Source of the DNA: Pirellulales bacterium
Lineage (GTDB): Bacteria > Planctomycetota > Planctomycetia > Pirellulales > PALSA-1355
DNA: 64,000 nt
NCBI GenBank assembly: GCA_963733035.1
Contig: CAVTBU010000005.1
Coordinates: 258,483 to 322,482 of the forward strand
Reading direction: 5' to 3'
Shown here: positions 49,471-60,484 of the stretch, piece by piece
Layout of the letters: every line of letters begins with the position of its first letter
Position numbering within the stretch: the first letter of the stretch is position 1
Program-made: the position numbers and the translations under genes
The notes under the pieces: model-generated
What the model was told of the DNA's origin: nothing
The model's input: only the letters and a program-made list of their open reading frames with translations
The model's database searches: none

Positions 49471-50430
49471 TTACCGCGGCAGCGGCGGCAGCGGATCGCC
49501 GTAGGGTTGCTGCGGCGGCTGATAGACGGGAACTTGCGGCCGAACCTGCGGTGGCGCATATTGCACGGGTTGCCCTTGCTGTACGGACGGTCGTTGCGCG
49601 ACATAGGCCGCATTGGCCGGCGGTAGGGCTCCGACTCCCGGTGTGGGTGCTCCACCCGCATGTGACGCGTAAGTGCCGGCATCGCCCGAAAGCCGCGCGA
49701 CCCACTCTTGCGCGGCCACCAGGTTCGGATCGGCCTGAGCGGCCAGGCGGAAGTGCTCCAGCGCGCCTTGATGGTCCTGCTTTTGTTCCAACAGGTACGC
49801 AAGATTGTAGTTGCCGACGCCCTTGCCGTGCGCGGCAACGAGTTGGGCCAGTGCCTCTTTGTTCTTGCCTTCTTCGACGTAAGCCGCCGCGAGATTGTTG
49901 CGATAGAGCTTGCTATCGCCTTCCAATTCGACTGCCCGCTTAAGTTCGCGTGCCGCCTCGGGAAGCATGCCGCGGCGATGGTAGCAAAGTCCCAAGTCGT
50001 TATGCACCGAAGCATTTTTGGGATGTTTGCGGATCGCCCGCTGATAGTACTTCGTCGCGGCCTCGAAGTTACCCTGACGGTCTTCCAAGCGTGCGTAGCC
50101 CACAAGCGCTCCAACGTGATTCGGATTCAAGTCGAGCGCTTTCCGAAAGCTTGCCTCGGCCTCGGCGAAGTTCCCAGCGCTTTCGTGCATTTCGGCGGCG
50201 GCCACGAACACGTTCGGTCCCGGTTTTCCGGATGGCGAACTTACGGGTGCTTGTCCGTAAGTCCGCTTAGGCTTTACGGCAGCGATCATTTTGTCCGTAC
50301 CGCTCTTGACGCTCGCTGACAGCTTGTCAGTAAACGATTGTTGCGAGGCAGGTTTTGCCGAGGATGTGCAACCGGAGAGTGCCGGCACGCTCATGACCAG
50401 GGCTAGTGTGCAAACAAACCTTTTTGCCAC
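49471..50430 (-). CDS. TPR-repeat lipoprotein (TadD-like position at the end of the tad locus)
   Basis: Lipobox 'VPALSGC', at least 4 TPR-like repeats ('AEASFRKALDLNPNHVGAL', 'ATKYYQRAIRKHPKNASVHNDLGLCY', 'ALEHFRLAAQADPNLVAAQEW'), and a Pro/Gln-rich tail. Confidence 0.75.
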   Translation of the reverse strand: MAKRFVCTLALVMSVPALSGCTSSAKPASQQSFTDKLSASVKSGTDKMIAAVKPKRTYGQAPVSSPSGKPGPNVFVAAAEMHESAGNFAEAEASFRKALDLNPNHVGALVGYARLEDRQGNFEAATKYYQRAIRKHPKNASVHNDLGLCYHRRGMLPEAARELKRAVELEGDSKLYRNNLAAAYVEEGKNKEALAQLVAAHGKGVGNYNLAYLLEQKQDHQGALEHFRLAAQADPNLVAAQEWVARLSGDAGTYASHAGGAPTPGVGALPPANAAYVAQRPSVQQGQPVQYAPPQVRPQVPVYQPPQQPYGDPLPPLPR

Positions 50431-50578
50431 GGAACCGTCCTCGCATTCACTTCGTTAAAAACAAACGTCTCAACCGCTTCGATCGCCATCTGTAGCATCG
50501 TCCAATCGAGGCGCGCGTCTGCACTGCAAAAACACGCCGTTCGCGGCACTCCCCAGGCACTCCTGCGCGAGTGCTAGC

Positions 50579-51160
50579 TCACTTGATGCTGGAGTTGTCG
50601 TACCCGCCAGCACCGCTGCCGCCGCTGGAGATTCCACCGGCGGGCAACCGCGGATCGGGACGCGTGGCATTGAATTTCCGCGCCACTGCATCGATGTCCT
50701 CGGCCGGCCAGCCTTCGTTCGGCAGGTTTGACTCAACCACCTGGGCCACCATGCCGGGCGGCACGATACGCTCGGCGGCGCGCTCGACCGCCTGAATGCG
50801 ACCCTGCGTCTCCTCGGATGTCAGACCCTGCTGCACGAAGATCGTGCGGCGGTTGGGAGGCATTTGAGTGAGGATGTTGCGGACCTTCGACTCACCTGCC
50901 AGGGTAAGTTGGTTCGTTCCCTCCTGGAAGAGGTAGTCCGACATCAGATTCTGACGCCGCCAACCGTTGGCGATTTGAATGGCAAAGGGCGCCATTGTCG
51001 CTTGGCGATCGGGTTGCAGAAATGGCTCCGGCCACATCGTGTTGCGGCGATAGTCGCGCTTGAACGCCTCGCAACACTTGTCGAACCATTGAGCCTGGGC
51101 GGTGCTGGCAGTGCCCAGGAAGACAGATAGCACCAAAATGACCGAGCCCAAGCGTAACAT
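50579..51160 (-). CDS. secreted hypothetical protein within the tad locus
   Basis: Signal peptide 'MLRLGSVILVLSVFLGTASTAQA', then 'QWFDKCCEAFKRDYRRNTMWPEPF...'. No family recognised. It lies between tadC and the TPR lipoprotein. Confidence 0.65.
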   Translation of the reverse strand: MLRLGSVILVLSVFLGTASTAQAQWFDKCCEAFKRDYRRNTMWPEPFLQPDRQATMAPFAIQIANGWRRQNLMSDYLFQEGTNQLTLAGESKVRNILTQMPPNRRTIFVQQGLTSEETQGRIQAVERAAERIVPPGMVAQVVESNLPNEGWPAEDIDAVARKFNATRPDPRLPAGGISSGGSGAGGYDNSSIK

Positions 51161-51313
51161 CAGTTCCCTCCGATCGATGGGCCTTCTCCCTGAGCGGCCA
51201 ACCGGTGCACCACCGAATTATCCGGCGGCGCGGCCGCGTCATTTTCTATCGACCCGCGAGCATCCCGATCTGTGCAGCAATGGGCGTAACCGTTCAAATT
51301 TGCCCGGTTTGCC

Positions 51314-52285
51314 CTATTTCTGGCCAGCCATCATCGGGAACATCTCATTGACGATCGTGATTGCGGCCGGGCCAACCAATACGACAAAGATCGCGGGAAA
51401 GATGAAAATTACGAGTGGAAAGATCAATTTCACGGCCGTCTTGGCGGCCTTCTCTTCCGCCAACTGGCGGCGGCGCGTGCGCATCGAATCACTCTGAACG
51501 CGGAGCGCCTGCGCAACGCTCGAGCCGAACTTATCAGCTTGAATCAGGATTGCGGCGAGGCTGCGTAGATCGTCGACGCCGGTGCGTCCCCCGAGGTCCT
51601 GCAATACTTCATTGCGCGCCCGGCCCATTTGCAGATGGAAGTTGCACATTGTGAACTCATCACACAGCACGCGGCAAGTCTTCTTCATTTCCTCGCTTAC
51701 TTTTCGCATCGCCTGGTCCAAGCCCAAACCTGCCTCGACGCAGACCACTAACAGGTCTAACACGTCGGGCAGACCCAAGAAAATCTGCTCCTTGCGGTGC
51801 CGCGCGAGCAGCCACAGAATGATATCCGGTAGGTAGAACATGCCGCCCGTGACGCCGACGCTATAGATCAAAGCCTTCTGGGTCATGCTGCCGGTCAGGA
51901 TCGCCGTGCCGCCGCTGGCGGTCACGCCGATGACCATGCCGATAAACTTTAGAGCCAGAAAAACGCTAACTGCGTTTTCGCTACGAAATCCCGCCTCACT
52001 CAATCTTTGGCGAATCTTGCCTACGTCCTCGGCCTTCGTCGGTTGCAGCGGGCGAGCCATGGGCGTGGCCTTGGCCAACATCCTGCTCATGGTAGCGCCC
52101 TTTTTGACCGGCGCGTTTTCACCGTTCCGCCGCCGTCCCGGGTTGCGAAGTTCCTCTAGCCGCTCCTCGGCACGAGGCTTGCGAGCACCCAACGTTTCAA
52201 GGATCAACCAGGCGCCAACGGCGAACAGGCCGAAGACGGCAAACGGCACCAACTTGGCCATCGGCAATGCAGCCAATAAGGTCAT
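51314..52285 (-). CDS. tadC: Flp pilus assembly inner-membrane platform protein TadC (T2SS F family)
   Basis: T2SF-like domain ('LPDVLDLLVVCVEAGLGLDQAM...', 'SVAQALRVQSDSMRTRRRQLAEEKAAKTAVKLIFPLV') located downstream of tadB. Confidence 0.85.
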   Translation of the reverse strand: MTLLAALPMAKLVPFAVFGLFAVGAWLILETLGARKPRAEERLEELRNPGRRRNGENAPVKKGATMSRMLAKATPMARPLQPTKAEDVGKIRQRLSEAGFRSENAVSVFLALKFIGMVIGVTASGGTAILTGSMTQKALIYSVGVTGGMFYLPDIILWLLARHRKEQIFLGLPDVLDLLVVCVEAGLGLDQAMRKVSEEMKKTCRVLCDEFTMCNFHLQMGRARNEVLQDLGGRTGVDDLRSLAAILIQADKFGSSVAQALRVQSDSMRTRRRQLAEEKAAKTAVKLIFPLVIFIFPAIFVVLVGPAAITIVNEMFPMMAGQK

Positions 52286-52289
52286 GGCA

Positions 52290-53258
52290 CTACACCTTGA
52301 TGTTCACGATTTTCTTTATCACGACCGCGCCGAGCAATTGCATGATGATGCCAACGGACAACATCTTCCGCCCCAATGGGTCGGTAAACAGCGGCCTCAC
52401 GTACTCGGGATTCATACGGTAAATGGTGATGAACAACAGCGGCGGCAGGGCCAACAGCACGATGCCCGAAAGTCGGCCTTCGCCAGTAAGGGCCTGAACC
52501 TGCCCCCAGATTTTGAAGCGTTCGCGAACCAGATAGCCGATCTTGTCGAGAATCTCGGCCAAGTCGCCGCCCGTCTGCCGCTGTAAGATTACGGCCGTTG
52601 CAAAAAACCGCAGGTCGATATTCGGCATGCGGTCTGTCAGGTTATCGAGTGCCTCGTCGAGCGGCACGCCAAGGTTCTGTTCCTCGAACACCCGCTGAAA
52701 TTCCTTCGCGATTGGGTTCCGCATCTCTTCCGAGACGAGGCTGAAACCGGATGCCAAACTGTGTCCGGCCCGCAGGGCTCGAGATATAAGTTCCAGCGCG
52801 TCGGGCAGTTGCTTGGCGAACTGCTTTAAGCGTCGGCGGCGGCGGAATATCAGCCAGCCGAACGGGAGCGCCGCGAGCATCATTCCCATCGGCAACACGA
52901 TGGTCGGATGCATGCCAGCAAGCACCGGAATGAACATTCCCACCACGGCCATCACTGCCGAGATGCTAAAAAACTGAGTCGGTGTGAGCGTCGTGTCGGC
53001 CTGTTCCAGCAGCAGGCTGACATTGCCGAGTTGCGATAGATAATTGACGAGCGCGCCTTGGGTGCCGTCGAGTGGATGAGCCAGGACGCTCCCTTTGAGC
53101 ATTGCCTCCTTGGCGTGCTTGCCGCTGGTCGAGCCAGTTAACACGGCCAGACGGTCCTCGACGCCCGTTTCCGTTGACGCCGATAGCCACATGGCCACCG
53201 CCCCGACAACGGCCGCGACGCAAAGAAATACCGCAATGGGAATGATCAGGGTCATCAT
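52290..53258 (-). CDS. tadB: Flp pilus assembly inner-membrane platform protein TadB (T2SS F family)
   Basis: 'LPDALELISRALRAGHSLASGF...', 'TGGDLAEILDKIGYLVRERFKIWGQVQALTGEGRLSG'. Immediately downstream of cpaF. Confidence 0.85.
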   Translation of the reverse strand: MMTLIIPIAVFLCVAAVVGAVAMWLSASTETGVEDRLAVLTGSTSGKHAKEAMLKGSVLAHPLDGTQGALVNYLSQLGNVSLLLEQADTTLTPTQFFSISAVMAVVGMFIPVLAGMHPTIVLPMGMMLAALPFGWLIFRRRRRLKQFAKQLPDALELISRALRAGHSLASGFSLVSEEMRNPIAKEFQRVFEEQNLGVPLDEALDNLTDRMPNIDLRFFATAVILQRQTGGDLAEILDKIGYLVRERFKIWGQVQALTGEGRLSGIVLLALPPLLFITIYRMNPEYVRPLFTDPLGRKMLSVGIIMQLLGAVVIKKIVNIKV

Positions 53259-53312
53259 GGAAGCACTCGGTCCCTAGAACCTCGCCGGCCAGGTCCGGCA
53301 TCGTTAGTTACG

Positions 53313-54629
53313 TTAGTCTTCGAGCATCGTCCGCTGGCGGAAAGCGCTCGACGGCAGGCGCACGCCGGCGGCTTCCAAACGATCCATGAAGTTGGGGCGC
53401 ACCCCCGTGGCCTCGAACCGGCCGAATGCCCGGCCGTTTTCGTCGACGCCTTCCTTGACGTAGTGGTAAATGTCCTGCATCACGATCGTGTCCTGTTCCA
53501 TGCCGAGCACCTCGGTGATGTGCGTGATCTTGCGCGGCCCGCCCTGCAAACGGTTTGCCTGCACAATTAAGTCGACCGCGCTGGCAATTTGCTGCCTCAG
53601 CGCTTTAAGCGGTAGTTCGAAACCGGCCATCGTAATCATCGTTTCCATACGAGCCACGCCGTCGCGGGGTGTGTTGGCATGGATTGTCGTGAGGGAGCCT
53701 TCGTGGCCAGTGTTCATGGCCTGCAACATGTCGAGCGTTTCTGGTCCGCGACATTCGCCAATGATAATTCGCTCCGGCCGCATACGCAGAGCGTTGCGCA
53801 CCAGGTCCGTGGCGGTAATTGCCCCCTTGCCTTCGATGTTCGGCGGGCGTGTTTCCAACCGCACGACGTGATCCTGTTGCAATTGAAGTTCCGCCGCGTC
53901 CTCGATCGTCACGATACGGTCGGAGTTCGAAATGAAGCTTGACAGCGTGTTGAGCAGCGTCGTCTTGCCGGAACCCGTACCGCCGGAAATCACAATATTG
54001 AGCCGGGCCTTGATGGCGCCTTCGAGCAGCATCACCATCTCCGGCGTAAACGCCTTGAAGTTCAGCAAGTCTTCCAGCTTGAGCGGGTTCGATCCAAAAC
54101 GCCGAATCGAAACACAGGCTCCATCCAGCGCGAGCGGCGGAATGATCGCGTTCACGCGCGAACCGTCTTGCAGACGTGCGTCCACCATCGGGCACACTTC
54201 ATCCACGCGGCGACCGACCTTCGATACAATGCGGTCGATGATTTGCATCAGATGGTTGTTGTCGCGAAAAACAACCGACGTCTTTTCCATCTTGCCGCGG
54301 CGCTCGACGTAAATGCTCCTCGGCCCGTTGATCAAGATATCGCTGATCGTTGGATCCTTGAGCAGCAATTCGAGCGGCCCCAAGCCGAAAGTCTCGTCGA
54401 GCACTTCCTCGACAAGTCGTTCACGTTCGTTGCGATTGAGCAACGTGTCTTCCGTGTCGCAAAGATGTTCGACAACGAGCCGAATTTCGCGGCGGAGGAC
54501 GTCGCCTTCCAATTCGCCGACGCGGGTTAAATCCAGCTTGTCAACAAGCTTGCCGTGAATGCGCCGCTTGAGATTGTCGAACTCGGCCGACTTCGAATCT
54601 TCGCTGGTTCGTAACGTTGTCGTCTTCAT
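53313..54629 (-). CDS. cpaF: CpaF/TadA secretion ATPase
   Basis: Walker A '[12 protein letters not shown]', '[11 protein letters not shown]', Walker B/His box '[11 protein letters not shown]...[16 protein letters not shown]'. Start moved to ATG 54629 ('[11 protein letters not shown]'). Confidence 0.9.
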   Translation of the reverse strand: MKTTTLRTSEDSKSAEFDNLKRRIHGKLVDKLDLTRVGELEGDVLRREIRLVVEHLCDTEDTLLNRNERERLVEEVLDETFGLGPLELLLKDPTISDILINGPRSIYVERRGKMEKTSVVFRDNNHLMQIIDRIVSKVGRRVDEVCPMVDARLQDGSRVNAIIPPLALDGACVSIRRFGSNPLKLEDLLNFKAFTPEMVMLLEGAIKARLNIVISGGTGSGKTTLLNTLSSFISNSDRIVTIEDAAELQLQQDHVVRLETRPPNIEGKGAITATDLVRNALRMRPERIIIGECRGPETLDMLQAMNTGHEGSLTTIHANTPRDGVARMETMITMAGFELPLKALRQQIASAVDLIVQANRLQGGPRKITHITEVLGMEQDTIVMQDIYHYVKEGVDENGRAFGRFEATGVRPNFMDRLEAAGVRLPSSAFRQRTMLED

Positions 54630-54883
54630 GCGGCCAGGGTCCTGTGCTTTTTGGTCGGGCAATCCGACGTTCCAACGTCGTGGCGTGATGTGAAAGCGCA
54701 ACATCGGCTGGCCAAGGCCAGCCCGCGGTGCATGACGCAGCCTCTTCCCGAACGAAATATAGCTCGCGGATTACCCAACCGGACGAAGACGGTGCACGCT
54801 GGTTGTGCGTCCACGTGCTGGCAGCAACGCATGCGACGGTCATGCCGATTGAACAACCGCCGAAAAAACTCGCGCCTGAGCCG

Positions 54884-56113
54884 TTACTTTTCGGCGTTGG
54901 CCTTCGCGCGACCCGGCCAGAGATTGAGCAGCTTTTCCACCGCTCGGGCGCAGGTAGAGAGGTCCTTCGGATCCTGTTGAACGTCCTTGTCGCCGCACAG
55001 AGCGCCGGCCAGTTGTACGACAGCCTGCGTGATCGCCGCCTTCGGGGCGTGCTCCAACAGCGGAACACCGTTATTGCGCACCTCGACCATCGTGCGGTAA
55101 TCGTTTGGTAGCTGCCAGAAAATTTCGCGGCCGATTGTCTCCTGAGCCTTCTTAAGGCCGATATGGCTATCCAACCCCACCCGGTTAACCACGACCTTGA
55201 CCTTATCCTTGATCGATTCCATCTGGCCGAACGACATCATCAGCCGCACGATGTTTCGCAGGCAAGGCAGGTCCAATTGCGTGACCAGCAGCACATGGTT
55301 GGCCATCTCCATCGCCACCATGTCGATCGGACTGTAGCTCTTCGATAGGTCGATGATCAGATGCGTAAACGTGGCCTTCAGCAGACCGATCACACGCCGC
55401 ATGTCGTCGGGAGTAATCAGCGCCGCGTCTTCCAACTGCACGGGCCGCGGCAATAGGTATAATCCGGACGAGTGTTTCGTCAACGAGCGTTTCAGCAGCG
55501 TGAAATCGAGCCGCGTTACGTTTTGCGCCACGTCGACCAGTGTGTAATCGGGAATCGTGTCGAGAAACACGTCGGCGTCTCCCAGGCACAGATCCACGTC
55601 CAGAAGTGCCGCCGTGTTGCGCGGGTCGGAGGCAAACACGCAACCGAGATTCACCGCCAGACTCGTCGCCCCCACGCCGCCGGTGGCACCAGCCACGGCA
55701 ATCACCGTGCTGCCGCGTGCGCGATCGCCGCGTCCAAATCGCTGTGCGCCGATGCGTTCGAGCGCCGCTACCAGGTCTTCCAGCCGCACGGGCTGAGGCA
55801 GAAATTCTTTCACGCCGCTGCGCATTGCGCGGAGGATCAAGTTTCCATCCGTCGACGAACTGATCACCACAATGCTGCACTCGGGCGACGTCTCGTGCAA
55901 TTGACTTACGAGTTGCAGCGCCTTTTCGGGGTTGTGATTGAGCGACACGATGCCCACATCGGGATGCGTCTGGGCGACGACGTCGGAAAAGAACTCATAG
56001 CGTGAACACTCGGCCTCAAGCCACACCGTGTCCATGCCCAGCAGTGTCGATTTGAGTGCTTCACGCGATGCATCGACCGGGTCCACGATGGCCAATCGCA
56101 GGACGTTGCTCAT
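54884..56113 (-). CDS. cpaE: CpaE/TadZ-like pilus localisation ATPase (pseudo-receiver + MinD/ParA domain)
   Basis: N-terminal receiver-like domain lacking the phospho-acceptor Asp ('DVGIVSLNHNP'), then a deviant Walker A 'VIAVAGATGGVGATSLAVNLG'. Confidence 0.8.
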   Translation of the reverse strand: MSNVLRLAIVDPVDASREALKSTLLGMDTVWLEAECSRYEFFSDVVAQTHPDVGIVSLNHNPEKALQLVSQLHETSPECSIVVISSSTDGNLILRAMRSGVKEFLPQPVRLEDLVAALERIGAQRFGRGDRARGSTVIAVAGATGGVGATSLAVNLGCVFASDPRNTAALLDVDLCLGDADVFLDTIPDYTLVDVAQNVTRLDFTLLKRSLTKHSSGLYLLPRPVQLEDAALITPDDMRRVIGLLKATFTHLIIDLSKSYSPIDMVAMEMANHVLLVTQLDLPCLRNIVRLMMSFGQMESIKDKVKVVVNRVGLDSHIGLKKAQETIGREIFWQLPNDYRTMVEVRNNGVPLLEHAPKAAITQAVVQLAGALCGDKDVQQDPKDLSTCARAVEKLLNLWPGRAKANAEK

Positions 56114-56204
56114 GATGTTTCCGTTCGCTTCCGCCTGTTTGCAGGCCTGCCAATACCGCTCGGCAAACCCTACTCCGAGTCTATGAGCCGCTCATCGGTA
56201 ACTC

Positions 56205-57977
56205 TTAATTCTTTACGTCATATCCGATGGGGCCGATGAAGCCCGGCGGAGCGGAATTCGCATTTGCGGCGCGCTCGCCGGCGCGTCGCTGGGGGTTAGT
56301 CGGATTGTAGGAGCCGGAACGGGCCCCCGCCCCACTCGGGGGTTGAGCATAGCTGGGCCGTCGCGAGCTCGGGGCGGCGGCCGGCCCGTCGACCACGCGA
56401 TCGCTCACAATCACGGCCCCCTTCGGCAAGGCCGCGCCCTGCGAGTCGGGAACCATTTCCGTGGGACCGGCCGGCGTCGGCACTACCTGTTCTGGCACCA
56501 CCTGTTCCGGACCTGCACCCGGCCCGCTTGGGCCAAAGGGGCTCGGGCCGCCTGCTGGGCCGTGTCCCATCGGCCCGTACGGCTGGACTGGTGTTTCGAT
56601 GTAGCCCTTCCAGTAGAGTCCGCAGTCGTCTGGGATTTGGGTGCTCATTCCGGGAGCACAATTCGGAACCTGGTCGGGATCCATCGCCTCAACCAGTTCT
56701 GGGCGCACCATCACCAACAACTCGACTTCGTTGATTCTACTTCGATTGCGGCGAAACGCCGCCCCGATATAGGGCATGTCCATCAGGTAAGGGATGCCGC
56801 GCTTTTGAGATTCCACACGTTGCTGCAACAAACCAGCGATCGCCAGCGTTTGTCCGAACTTCATCTCCACGCCGGTATCCACGAAACGCTCGCGAAAGCC
56901 TGGCACCGACGTACCAGCAACGGTGATCGAAAGGGTTGGATCAAGTTCGCTCACCTGCGGGCGAACTTCGAGGCGAACTCCGCCGTTGCCCAGCACGATC
57001 GGCACAAAGTCGATTTGCGTACCAAAGGGTTTGAAATTGATCGAAATGTTGCCGAACCCGGTGGGCTGCGGGTACGGCATTTCACCGCCAACCAGATAGC
57101 TGGCCGGGCGACCGCTCACGGTAACCAAGTTCGGTTCGGCCAGTACTTTCAGCAAGTCCTCTTGCTTGAGCGCGTCGAGAAACGCCACGAAGCCGCTCGG
57201 GTCGCTGACGATGCCCCATTGAAATGTCTCGGCGTTACTGGTGGTGAAGGACGCGGCCGTTCGAAACAAGTTGGCCACGGGATTTGCCTTGGAAATTAGG
57301 CCGCTGGCCGTTGAACCGGCAAAATTAGCACCGGAAAAGTTGGCAAAATCGAAGCCCAGTTCCTTGAGGTTCGTTCGAGACACTTCCATCACCTTGACGT
57401 GCAGCAGCACTTGCTGCGTGCCGCCGACAATCATGTTGTTGATTACCTTAGGATAATAGTCCTCGGAGATGCGCATGATCGTGTTCACATGGTCGGCCCG
57501 ATCGACGTAGCCCGACAGTACGAGCGTCGAGGCCTGCGTTGGGTACAGCTTGAGAGACGCGGCGGGAAACTGCGACTTAAGCAGGCCTTCCAACTCCCGA
57601 ACGTCACCGACGATTACCACGTCGACCGTATGCACCTCTTCCTTGTCGTCCCACAGGTTGACAGTCGTTATGCCCGGCTTCTTGGCGTGGATTTGCACCT
57701 CGTTTTCCGAAAGCACAGTGAACGCCAGCAACTCAGGGTTGCTCACCTGGGCACGGGGAATTGGCGACTCCATGCGCAGTATGCGGCTGCCGTTGACCGT
57801 CAGCTCAACCTTCGTGTTGGCCGCCGTGATGGTCTGCGTGACTAGCGGCGGTGTCGCAGGGGCTCGTGTCGAATCTTGAGGGGGCCCCTCTTGGGCACGA
57901 GCAGGCAGAGCTGCGAGAATTGCAAGGGTTGCCGCGACCGCCAAACGGCGGCCGTGCCGGAATCGATGCAGTACCAT
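56205..57977 (-). CDS. cpaC: Flp pilus secretin CpaC/RcpA
   Basis: Signal peptide, pilus N-terminal domain ('ELTVNGSRILRMESPIPRAQVSNPELLAFTVLSENEVQIHAKKPGITTVNLW'), secretin core ('GIPYLMDMPYIGAAFRRNRS'), and a Pro/Gly-rich tail. Confidence 0.9.
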   Translation of the reverse strand: MVLHRFRHGRRLAVAATLAILAALPARAQEGPPQDSTRAPATPPLVTQTITAANTKVELTVNGSRILRMESPIPRAQVSNPELLAFTVLSENEVQIHAKKPGITTVNLWDDKEEVHTVDVVIVGDVRELEGLLKSQFPAASLKLYPTQASTLVLSGYVDRADHVNTIMRISEDYYPKVINNMIVGGTQQVLLHVKVMEVSRTNLKELGFDFANFSGANFAGSTASGLISKANPVANLFRTAASFTTSNAETFQWGIVSDPSGFVAFLDALKQEDLLKVLAEPNLVTVSGRPASYLVGGEMPYPQPTGFGNISINFKPFGTQIDFVPIVLGNGGVRLEVRPQVSELDPTLSITVAGTSVPGFRERFVDTGVEMKFGQTLAIAGLLQQRVESQKRGIPYLMDMPYIGAAFRRNRSRINEVELLVMVRPELVEAMDPDQVPNCAPGMSTQIPDDCGLYWKGYIETPVQPYGPMGHGPAGGPSPFGPSGPGAGPEQVVPEQVVPTPAGPTEMVPDSQGAALPKGAVIVSDRVVDGPAAAPSSRRPSYAQPPSGAGARSGSYNPTNPQRRAGERAANANSAPPGFIGPIGYDVKN

Positions 57978-58096
57978 CCTTGGTATCCTTGTAGTGTCGC
58001 CCGTCGCGCTGTCACGCGAGGACGTTTAATAACGGCGCTCCCACGCCGCGTCGCATGCCATCCCTGTTCAAACTGGACTCCGGAAGTCCTGGAGCA

Positions 58097-59221
58097 CTAA
58101 CTAGTGGCCTGACTCTCGCCGTCCGTTCCTTCGTCCGCGCCGCCCTCCGGCCCCTGGGGTCCCTCCCCGTCAACTGGCGGCGGCACCGGGCTAAAACCAC
58201 CCGGCATGTCGTTCATCGTCGGGTCCGGTCCGCTGCCACCCAAGTCACCGGGCCCTTGTTCGGTTTGCACAATGGGCAGCTCGCCGTCGCCGGGAATTTC
58301 AATGTTGACCAGTTCGGCCCCCATCATGACGAGCATGCGCCTTCGCTCTTGCGGCAACGGTGGAGCCGATGGCACCGGCGTCGACGGCCCAACGACTGAT
58401 CCTCGGCCATTCTGCTGCGCGAGCCAGTCCGAGACATCGCTCGTTTCTTTTTCTGGCGTTGCTCTCTCGGCCACGCGATCAGACTTTTTTAACTCGTCGC
58501 CAAAGATATCACTGATCGTCGCCCCCTGGTCGACAATGTGTGCTTCGTCCTCGGGATTCCGCAACACCAAGCGCACGGCACCGCCAATTTCCGTTGCGGC
58601 ATGCAAAATCACGGCCTGCTGCGGCGTTACCAAGAGCGAAATCGTCTTGGCGCTCATCGGTTCGGTCTGCTCATCCTTGGTCGCGGTGAATTCCGTCTCG
58701 GTCTGCGTGTCAACGGCAAACACTTTGATGTCTTGCAAGACAATCTTGGCGGCTGTCGCGTGAGAATCGCTGTTCGGATGGCGGAAGACCAGCACGTCGA
58801 CTCGGTCGCCGGGCATAATCAAATTGCTCGAACCGCCCACCGGATCAACTTTCACGTACGCCACACGGTAGCCAGGCGGAATGTCTTTGGCTGCGCCGAC
58901 CATGTCCTCGGCGCCCAACAGTTTCGAGGCCAGAATCGGTTCGCCGGCATACAGCTTCAGCCGCGTCCGTTTTCCTTCGACTTCCTCCAATTTCGTCAGC
59001 GCACCCTGCGGAACGATCTTCTTGGGCCATTCCTCGAGCTTCACGTTCTGCGCGGTTAGTTCCTCGTTCGGGCGAATGTCGGTCATTGCCACGAACACCG
59101 GCTGGCGTTCACTATCGTCGCCGACCTTGGAGCGCGCATCGAGAACCTGGCTAATGCCCATCGCGGCTACGGCACCGCAGCCCAACGCCAAAGCAACTAG
59201 CATGATCGATCTGGTGCGCAT
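58097..59221 (-). CDS. cpaB: Flp pilus assembly protein CpaB/RcpC
   Basis: N-terminal TM anchor 'MRTRSIMLVALALGCGAVAAMG', then a SAF/RcpC-like region ('VFVAMTDIRPNEELTAQNVKLEEWPKKIVPQGAL', 'PGYRVAYVKVDPVGGSSNLIMPGDRVDVLV'). Start moved to ATG 59221. Confidence 0.85.
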   Translation of the reverse strand: MRTRSIMLVALALGCGAVAAMGISQVLDARSKVGDDSERQPVFVAMTDIRPNEELTAQNVKLEEWPKKIVPQGALTKLEEVEGKRTRLKLYAGEPILASKLLGAEDMVGAAKDIPPGYRVAYVKVDPVGGSSNLIMPGDRVDVLVFRHPNSDSHATAAKIVLQDIKVFAVDTQTETEFTATKDEQTEPMSAKTISLLVTPQQAVILHAATEIGGAVRLVLRNPEDEAHIVDQGATISDIFGDELKKSDRVAERATPEKETSDVSDWLAQQNGRGSVVGPSTPVPSAPPLPQERRRMLVMMGAELVNIEIPGDGELPIVQTEQGPGDLGGSGPDPTMNDMPGGFSPVPPPVDGEGPQGPEGGADEGTDGESQATS

Positions 59222-59611
59222 GAATATCTCCCGGATCTCCGGCTGGCGACGCCTGCGACTGTTCGCTAGCACGCCTGCAAACTGGCGTGCAAACGAAGGG
59301 CCGCTTCGTCGTTTCACCTAGAACATTGGCGTCCACAGGCCATAAACTTGACAAAAAGCCCCCGAAAAGAATTGCCTTACTCGCGGTCCAGTTGTGGCGA
59401 GGCGGGAACAACCATAAGTGGCTGCGGGACTTGCAGCTGGGCGAGTCCCCACTCTCGTTTCGCCCACTCCCTCGCGTCGATCCCCTACGGATCGGTGGGG
59501 TGTGCCTGCTCGTCGGCCGGGAATACATTCCATCGGTCGCGGGCCAGGATTCATCGCTGCGAGCCAGCGTCGCATCAACGTCACCCTATACATGCCCCCT
59601 CGGGCGGCCGA

Positions 59612-60175
59612 TTACAGCAGCATCCCTTGGAAGGCGAAGTAGGCGATCGTGCCGATGGCGATCGGAATGCCGTACGGAAGCAAGAGCATTGTGCTCTTGC
59701 GCTCGGCGGCAATCGTCGCCAACTGCTCGGGATCGCGAATCGTAACCATCTCGTACCAGATTGTCAGAAACTGGAAGTAATGTTTCGTCCATGCACGGCG
59801 GTAAAGGACCATGAGTAGGGCGATCACGCCACCTACGATGGCCGAGACGCAAAACGCATAAAGCGTATCCCCCATGCCGATCCAGGCACCGACGCCGGCC
59901 AGCAATTTGACGTCGCCAGCCCCCATTCCGCCGATGGCGTAAGCCGGCAGCAAGAGCGCCAGCCCCACGACCATGCCCAACAGGGCCGCACCGAAACCCG
60001 CCCATCCGCCGGTGATGGCGCCCACTACCAGTCCGGTCAGCACGAACGGGAAGGTGAGCCAATTGGGAACCTTGAGCTTATAACCGTCGATGAGGGCGGC
60101 CACAATCAAGGTGATGGTGACGATCCAAACTCGCCAGTGTTCAATGAGGTGTTCGTTGAAGTTGGTTTCAAACAT
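59612..60175 (-). CDS. cpaA: A24-family prepilin peptidase CpaA/TadV
   Basis: 187-aa polytopic membrane protein with 'AALIDGYKLKVPNWLT' and 'GGMGAGDVKLLAGVG' (two catalytic Asp contexts). Confidence 0.85.
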   Translation of the reverse strand: MFETNFNEHLIEHWRVWIVTITLIVAALIDGYKLKVPNWLTFPFVLTGLVVGAITGGWAGFGAALLGMVVGLALLLPAYAIGGMGAGDVKLLAGVGAWIGMGDTLYAFCVSAIVGGVIALLMVLYRRAWTKHYFQFLTIWYEMVTIRDPEQLATIAAERKSTMLLLPYGIPIAIGTIAYFAFQGMLL

Positions 60176-60484
60176 TGCCCAAATCCTTTCGCACTAGCGA
60201 GGGGGTAAGTGTCGAGGAGCTTAGAAACAGCCCGCCGCAATCGTGACCTTTGCCTACCGACGCGTCAGCAAAAATGCTGCTCCAGCGCCCAACAGCGTCA
60301 AAAAGTAAGACGCGAGTTGCACGGCTCCAGCCATCGATTCGACCGGCAGGAAATAGTAGTACATGAGGTTGCTCTCGCGGCGAGGCCCTGCGATGGAAAC
60401 TGCCAGTCGCCGGAATGGCTCGCCAAGAAAACGTAGCTTTTGCTTTACCGGAATGCGGTCGCGGCGGGAAAAAAGGTCTCCACG

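Noticed and set aside
49260-50114. 284-aa minus-strand ORF overlapping the TPR lipoprotein gene, and a possible 46-aa ORF at its 3' end (49260..49400, 'MAQKLIAGLCGNDPAKWDAAADGALATLEARRALWDRISAAIAELG')
   Set aside because: The long ORF is an out-of-frame Arg/Trp-rich overlap of a well-supported TPR gene. The short ORF has reasonable codons but no SD, no recognised family and no other support, so it was left uncalled.
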